Shown in pieces: positions 34,886-40,449 of a stretch of DNA of 40,449 nt. The translations under genes and the position numbers were made by a program. The notes beneath the pieces are model-generated. The model saw only the letters and a list, made by a program, of their open reading frames with translations, was not told the DNA's origin and did not search any database. Where the stretch lies: the sequence record SRR22947727_1199; one strand, given 5' to 3'. How positions within the stretch are numbered: position 1 is the stretch's first letter; each line of letters begins with the position of its first letter.

Positions 34886-35890
34886 ATGAAATCTTTTGTA
34901 AAACTGATCGCGGCTGGTCTCGTTCTCTCAAGCGCTGCTGAAGCCGAGGACGTGAACGTTTATTCTTATCGTCAACCAGAATTGATCAAGCCACTCACCG
35001 ATGCGTTCACGGAAAAAACCGGTATCAAAGTGAATGCGGCTTATCTTAAAAAAGGTATGGTCGAGCGCATGAAAGCAGAAGGCAAACGCAGCCCTGTTGA
35101 TGTGATGCTAACCGTCGATATTTCGCGCCTTGCGGCTTTGTTAGACGCGGGGTTAACGCAGCCGGTTAAGAGCGCATTACTGGAAGAGAACGTGCCCAGC
35201 CTGTATCGGGATCCGGGCAAGGAATGGTTTGGGTTAACCACGCGGGCTCGTATTGTTTATGCCAGCAAAGAGCGTGTTGCTGCGGGTGAAGTGACAACCT
35301 ATGAAGATCTTGCTGATCCAAAATGGCGCGGTAGGCTTTGCACGCGTTCGGGCACCAATGCCTATAATTTGGCGCTTATGTCGGCGGTAATTTATCACCA
35401 CGGTGAGGCAGGTGCACAAACTTGGCTTGAGGGTGTTAAGGCAAATTTGGCGCGCAAACCTCAAGGCAATGATCGTGCGCAGGTTAAGGCCATCTGGGCA
35501 GGTGAATGCGATATTTCTATTGGGAACACCTATTATATGGGTAAAATGCTTGCGGATTCTGAACAAAAAGCTTGGGCAGACAGCGTCAATGTGTTGTTTC
35601 CTAGGTTTGAAAATGGCGGTACGCATGTAAATATTTCCGGTGTAGCCATGGCGAAATATGCTCCTAATAGAGAAAACGCGCTTAAGTTTATGGAGTTTTT
35701 GACATCTCCTGATGCGCAAGAGGTCTATGCGACTGCCAATTATGAATATCCAATCGCTCCGAACACTGAGCCAGCTGAATTGGTTAAGGGGTGGGGCGCG
35801 TTTCAGGCAGATGATGTGAATCTGATGGAATTGGCCGCGCGACGCAAACTTGCCTTGAAAATCACTGAAGTTGTGGATTTTGACGGGTAA
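34886..35890 (+). CDS. Fe(III) ABC transporter substrate-binding protein (FutA/FbpA family)
   Basis: VNVYSYRQ, WFGLTTRAR, KPQGNDR.Q, NTYY iron-ligand tyrosines, HVNISG, NYEYP. Confidence 0.9.
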   Translation: MKSFVKLIAAGLVLSSAAEAEDVNVYSYRQPELIKPLTDAFTEKTGIKVNAAYLKKGMVERMKAEGKRSPVDVMLTVDISRLAALLDAGLTQPVKSALLEENVPSLYRDPGKEWFGLTTRARIVYASKERVAAGEVTTYEDLADPKWRGRLCTRSGTNAYNLALMSAVIYHHGEAGAQTWLEGVKANLARKPQGNDRAQVKAIWAGECDISIGNTYYMGKMLADSEQKAWADSVNVLFPRFENGGTHVNISGVAMAKYAPNRENALKFMEFLTSPDAQEVYATANYEYPIAPNTEPAELVKGWGAFQADDVNLMELAARRKLALKITEVVDFDG

Positions 35891-35903
35891 GCACATCGTG
35901 CTG

Positions 35904-35925
35904 GGCCCAGTATTAAAGCTGGGCC
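35904..35925 (+). other. Hairpin 3' of the Fe(III) SBP gene
   Basis: GGCCCAG-TATTAAAG-CTGGGCC. Confidence 0.5.
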
Positions 35926-36124
35926 GGCCTATCACGCCGCGTTCCTGCCAAATTAAATCATGGCCGGGTAGGGGTGGTTTTGGGCCGGGGTAGATGAAGC
36001 TCTGTTAAAGAGATCTTTCTTCTTTTGCAATTCGTTGCAGCCCTTACCCAGCTTCACGGGCGCGCGAGCAGGTAAAAGCCTTACTAAGATCCGTTGGTAT
36101 TGTCTGAATGAGAAGAGGTGTCAC

Positions 36125-36604
36125 ATGACAGAAAATCTAGCAGCTATCAGAGGGGCGGCGCCGGTTGGCTTAGTCCAAGACCTAACCCCGGATGAGGCGC
36201 TTTGTATTCGGTATTTACGGCTTTGGTGGGCGGGGCCAGAGGCGCAGGCGGAAATTTGGAATGAATTTTCACGAAGTTTAGGACCAACCCGCGCAAAGCA
36301 GGCGTTTTCGGCGTTTGAAAGCGTGTTTGCAATCTGTTCTAGCCATGGCCGCAGACCCTTCGTTTTAAATTGTGTGAATTGTAAATCCCTTGGCGGAGAT
36401 GAATCGGGATTTGTCAATTTTCTGGGCTACGCTTTGGAGGGGCAGCGTGAAGATGCTTTTTCAATGGCCTGCAATTTTGTACGCCCTGAGGTTGCACTAA
36501 TCCTGCTGAATTTCGCGATGGATCTTGCCCTTAATTTACGTCTGATTGCCATAAATATCAGGGTCGTGCAGGCGCAGCCTTCGCTTTGCAAACACTGGCA
36601 TTGA
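36125..36604 (+). CDS. Hypothetical protein (159 aa) with a Cys-containing motif
   Basis: ATG 36125 with GAGGT RBS (preferred over TTG 36035); RG.APVG, YLRLW, HGRRP....CVNC..LGGDE. Confidence 0.7.
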   Translation: MTENLAAIRGAAPVGLVQDLTPDEALCIRYLRLWWAGPEAQAEIWNEFSRSLGPTRAKQAFSAFESVFAICSSHGRRPFVLNCVNCKSLGGDESGFVNFLGYALEGQREDAFSMACNFVRPEVALILLNFAMDLALNLRLIAINIRVVQAQPSLCKHWH

Positions 36605-37029
36605 GCTTATGATGCGTGTTAGCCGATCAGCTTCAAGTTAAGAGAGCTTCTCTTTTTATGAGTTATGACCTTTCCGCCAATGTTGATTTGGGGTCCCAAT
36701 TCACTTGATCGGCAAAGGCAAATGGTCTGCCAGAATTGAATTGAATTCAATTGAAATGCCTAGATGTCGATAAAAATCAGTTGATTTTCAACACGAATTT
36801 CGTGCGTTTAAGCTATTATTTGTGACCTAAAGATACGCAAAGTGATGCCCAGAATAGAAATACGATTGCAACGCATTTTAACAATAAAACTTTTCTTAAG
36901 CCTCATTGGTCTATGGATTGAGAACTAAAATTCAAAAGCTTGGGGCTAATTCTGGCTAACCGCAGACTAAAATTATGTCAGAGCTTGGCCAGCTTTTGTC
37001 CGTAACAGGAACCGCTGGGCCCAAATGCT

Positions 37030-39145
37030 ATGCATTATACAAAATTAAGCCCTCCAAAGGGAAATGACCAGCCAGCCTCGCCGCTTTGCCTTGCGGGTGC
37101 GGTTCAACAAATTTGTCGCGTTTATAAGCACGACCAAAGCCTTGCGTCGATCCGATGTTCTGAAGGTGTGAAAGAAGGTGAGTTTGGGGTTTATGAAGCC
37201 TGCACCGCCTTGGAGAGATTTGGTTTTCGTGCCCAGCTGGCTGATTGTGCGATCGAGCATCTGCCGGATCAACTTTGCCCACTTATTGCCTTTGACAAAA
37301 GTAACAATCCCTTTGTGATATTAGGCGTAGAGCCTTATGGACGCATCAACCTGCTGCGTTACGCCGATAGAACTGATCCAGAAAGGATTGGGCATGCGCG
37401 TTTTGAAGCTTTTTATTGCGGAGTTGTTCTCCGGGTGCAGAAATTAAGCAATGCGGAATGGCAAAAGAAAAAAGGCCATTGGTTTTTTTCGGCATTTCTA
37501 AAAAGCCAGTGGCTTTATTGGCAAGTTTTATTGGCCACAATTATGACAAATATTTTGGCGCTATCAATTTCGATCTTCACAATGACGGTTTATGATCGGG
37601 TAATCCCAAACGCTGCAATTGAAAGCTTAATCGCCCTAACCGTTGGTGTGGTGATTGCTCTGGGTTTTGATTTTTTGATCCGTTACATCCGAGCCTTGTT
37701 TATCGATCAAGCAAGCCGCATTGCTGATTATGATGTATCGGTTCGTATTTTTGATCGAATACTATCTTTATCTGCAACCGAATACACCCTTAAGAAAGGC
37801 ATGCTGGCGGGTGTTGTGCGCGAATATGAAGCCCTCCGCGAGTTTTTCACATCGTCGAGTCTGGTGCTTTTGGTTGATTTGCCCTTTGCGCTATTTTTTC
37901 TCTATGTCATTTCGATAATAGCCGGGCCCTTGGCGTATATAGGGCTTATTGCGCTGCCTGTTGTGATTGTCGCGGGGGTGGTTATGCAGCCGTTTTTATC
38001 GCGTTTCACACGGCTCTCTCAGCAACATGCGATAGCAAAGCAAGCGATTTTGGTTGAAACCCTGTCTGGTCTTGAAACTGTGGGCGTAACTGGGGCTGGT
38101 GCTTTGATGAAAACACGCTACCTAGCGGCATTGCGCGAACAGCTTGATACTGGTGCATCGTCTCGAACTTGTGGTCAGCTTCTCATAAATTTTTCAATGT
38201 CGGTGCAGCAATATGCACAAGTCTTTGCAGTGGTTTTTGGTGTTTTTCTGATAAAAAACGGTGATATTTCTCAAGGGGCACTGATTGCTGCGGTGATTTT
38301 GGGTGGGCGCGCCTTGGCACCATTGGCGCAATTGACGCATGCGCTCACTCGGGCAAATGCGGCGATCAGCGCTTATACCTCGTTGAACGATTTATTGAAT
38401 GATTTCCCTCTCCAACGTTACCGCACATCTTCTATAAGCCGGTCTCAATTATCGGGAGCGATCGAGTTTCGCGATGTCAGTTTTAAATTTAAAAGGCGAG
38501 TCCAAACCCTTAATTTCGAATTTATCGTTTAAAATTTATGCGGGTCAGACCGTTGTTTTGCTTGGTGAAATGGGATCCGGAAAGTCAACAATCCTAAAGT
38601 TGATTGCAGGTGTTTTGCAGCCCTGTTCAGGGCAGGTTTTGGTGGATGGGGTAAGTGTCCGGCAATTGGATCGACAGGATAGGCAACAGAATATTGGTGT
38701 GATGTTGCAAGATGCATGGATGTTTTCTGGCAGCATTCAAGAAAATATTCAAACGGGCGCTCTGCGTCATACGGATGCCGATATGACGAAGCTGGCCCAG
38801 TTCTGGGGTTTGTCTGGTTTGATCTCTCGCGAGCAGTCTGAGGGTATCGCCGGTCTTTCTGATAAAACAGCCGTTCTTTCAGGAGGGCAACGACAAGCGG
38901 TTAGCCTGGCCCGCGAATTCGTGCACGACCCTTCAATTTTGCTTTTGGATGAACCGACGAGCGCAATGGATCCAGCCTCGGAAGGTCATATTGCGGATAA
39001 TCTTATCCATATGAGATCGGATAAAACGATGATCATAGTCACCCATCGCAGCGCCTTGTTCAAAGCTGCCGATCGCGTGCTGGTGATTAAGCAGGGCCAG
39101 ATTGTTGCCGATCAACATCCCAGCAATCTCATGGCGAAGACCTGA
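37030..39145 (+). pseudogene. Type I secretion system permease/ATPase split by a +1 frameshift near 38491-38494
   Basis: ORF 37030-38532 has a C39-like N-terminus, HWF, VYDRVIPN, the TM domain and IEFRDVSFKF. The NBD (GEMGSGKST, LSGGQRQ, LLLDEPTSAMD, IVTHR) continues in the +1 frame (38474-39145). Removing one A from AAAA joins ...DVSFKF-KGESKPLISNLSFKI... Confidence 0.8.
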
Positions 39146-39158
39146 CTGCGATGCGCGT

Positions 39159-40449
39159 GTGACGGATATTGGCGGTAAAGATCACCCGACAAGGCATTTT
39201 GGTCGTTTTGTGTTTTACTCTGCTTTGCTTTTAACGATCATTGCGCTGCTTGGTGGCCTTTTATTTTGGGCCGCAACGTTTGAAATTGACCGCGTTGTGC
39301 GCGGCAATGGAGTGCTGGTTTCCAAAAGTTCAAACCAACATGTTCAGACCGCCGTTTCCGGGGTGATTTTAAAGCGTTTGGTGAAGCCGGGTGATCGGGT
39401 TCTACAGGGGCAAGCCCTATTTGAATTGGACTCAAGTGAGGCACGCATGCGCTATCACCAGGTCGCTTTAAAGCGAGACCATTTGAAAATTCAATTGCAG
39501 CGTGTACGTGCGGAACTTACCTCTGATAAGCTAAATTTTTTTGGTTTCGATACGCATGCAAGTCAAGATTTCATTCAAAATCAAATCGCGCTTTATCATT
39601 CTGAACAGGCTGAGTTTGCTGCGAAAATATCAATATTAAAAAAACGAATTCTTCAGCGCAGCAGTGAAATTAAAAGTATCGAGGCAAAGGATAAGGCGCT
39701 TCAGTATATCTTAAGCCTTCAAGAGCTGCACCTTAAAAAGGTTGAAAAGCTCGTGGCTAAAGGGGTGAGGTCAAAGGTTCAACTTTTGACATTGCTCAAA
39801 GAGCATGCCGAGACTCTTTCAAGAGCTGCTGTCCTGCCGTTTGTGCTTGAACAGGTTCGGGCACAGCGCCATGAACTTCAAGAACAAGAGAAAGAGATGC
39901 GGCAAGCCAAACGCATTTCTGCATTAACAGAGCAAGCCAAATTGAAGGCAAGCTTGAGCGAAACTTTGTTGCTATTGCCAATTCTACAATCTTCGTTGGC
40001 ACGGCATTCAATTTATGCGCCTGTTGGTGGCGTAATAAATCAGATAAATTTTATGTCGGAAAATGCCTTGGTTAAAAAGGGCGAGGTTGTTGCTGAGCTG
40101 ATTCCAAAAGCTGTTGAATTGATGGTTCATGCGCAGCTTGATCCAAAGGATTTACCCAATATTGCGAAAGGCGATAAAGTGAAATTGCGTTTAACTACCA
40201 AAGATTCTTACCAATTTGCCAATTTGGATGGCTATGTTCAAAGAATTTCTGCGGATGTTATAAAGACATCAAAATCTGATAAGTCGTTTTATTTCACAAG
40301 AATCTCGATCAAAAGGAACTCGTCCGGGGTTGTTCAAGACCTGCCTCGCTTAAGGCCTGGGATGGAAATAGAATTCAATATATTGTCCGGAAAAAGGACC
40401 GTCCTGGATTACCTCGCGCAACCTGTTGCGCGTGTTCAAAAACGTGCTT
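39159..40449 (+). CDS. HlyD-family type I secretion periplasmic adaptor, 3' end truncated by the window
   Basis: Open frame from GTG 39159 to the window end with no stop: TM segment ..LLFWAATFEIDRVVRGNG, VKPGDRV..GQ.L..LD, coiled-coil region, IYAPVGG, PKD, GYVQRISAD, LRPGM, GKRTVLDYL.QP. Confidence 0.88.
   Translation, partial: MTDIGGKDHPTRHFGRFVFYSALLLTIIALLGGLLFWAATFEIDRVVRGNGVLVSKSSNQHVQTAVSGVILKRLVKPGDRVLQGQALFELDSSEARMRYHQVALKRDHLKIQLQRVRAELTSDKLNFFGFDTHASQDFIQNQIALYHSEQAEFAAKISILKKRILQRSSEIKSIEAKDKALQYILSLQELHLKKVEKLVAKGVRSKVQLLTLLKEHAETLSRAAVLPFVLEQVRAQRHELQEQEKEMRQAKRISALTEQAKLKASLSETLLLLPILQSSLARHSIYAPVGGVINQINFMSENALVKKGEVVAELIPKAVELMVHAQLDPKDLPNIAKGDKVKLRLTTKDSYQFANLDGYVQRISADVIKTSKSDKSFYFTRISIKRNSSGVVQDLPRLRPGMEIEFNILSGKRTVLDYLAQPVARVQKRA

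Noticed and set aside
35234-35935. 233-aa minus-strand ORF
   Set aside because: Antisense to the well-supported Fe(III) SBP, with no motif.
38481-38494. Programmed -1 ribosomal frameshift in the T1SS gene
   Set aside because: Restoring the protein needs a +1 shift, the A run is only 4 nt, and no stimulatory structure is evident.
1-40449. CRISPR array, tRNA, rRNA, riboswitch, prophage or defence system
   Set aside because: No regularly spaced repeats, cloverleaf, recognisable aptamer consensus, or phage or defence domains were seen by eye. A covariance-model scan would be needed to exclude small RNAs.

Overview
Metabolic and transport region of a marine alphaproteobacterium. The gene content and sequence style suggest the Roseobacter group (inference). 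From left to right: a taurine ABC transporter (tauABC); a four-gene catabolic module (aldehyde dehydrogenase, luciferase-like monooxygenase, AA_synth/PF06684 protein, alpha/beta hydrolase) with the composition of the trigonelline tgn ring-cleavage pathway but no flavin reductase; a frameshifted IS6-family transposase relic; the DHPS catabolic cluster hpsR / small ORF-hpsKLMNO, lacking hpsP; a hydantoinase/oxoprolinase A+B pair with a DAO-family oxidoreductase; several orphan enzymes and a DMT permease; a phnDCEE-type ABC transporter with no C-P lyase; a tripartite tricarboxylate transporter (tctCBA) with a universal stress protein; a SOUL haem-binding protein divergent from an Fe(III)-binding protein; and a type I secretion ABC gene split by a +1 frameshift, followed by an HlyD gene that runs off the window. 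Features absent from the ORF track: a 57-aa two-helix membrane protein leading the hps TRAP operon, the HlyD ORF, the shifted-frame C-terminus of the IS6 relic, tandem LacI-type operators, and a ~44-bp degenerate direct repeat bracketing the tgn-like module. No rRNA, tRNA or CRISPR array was seen. All family assignments come from motif recognition by eye; no database search was run.
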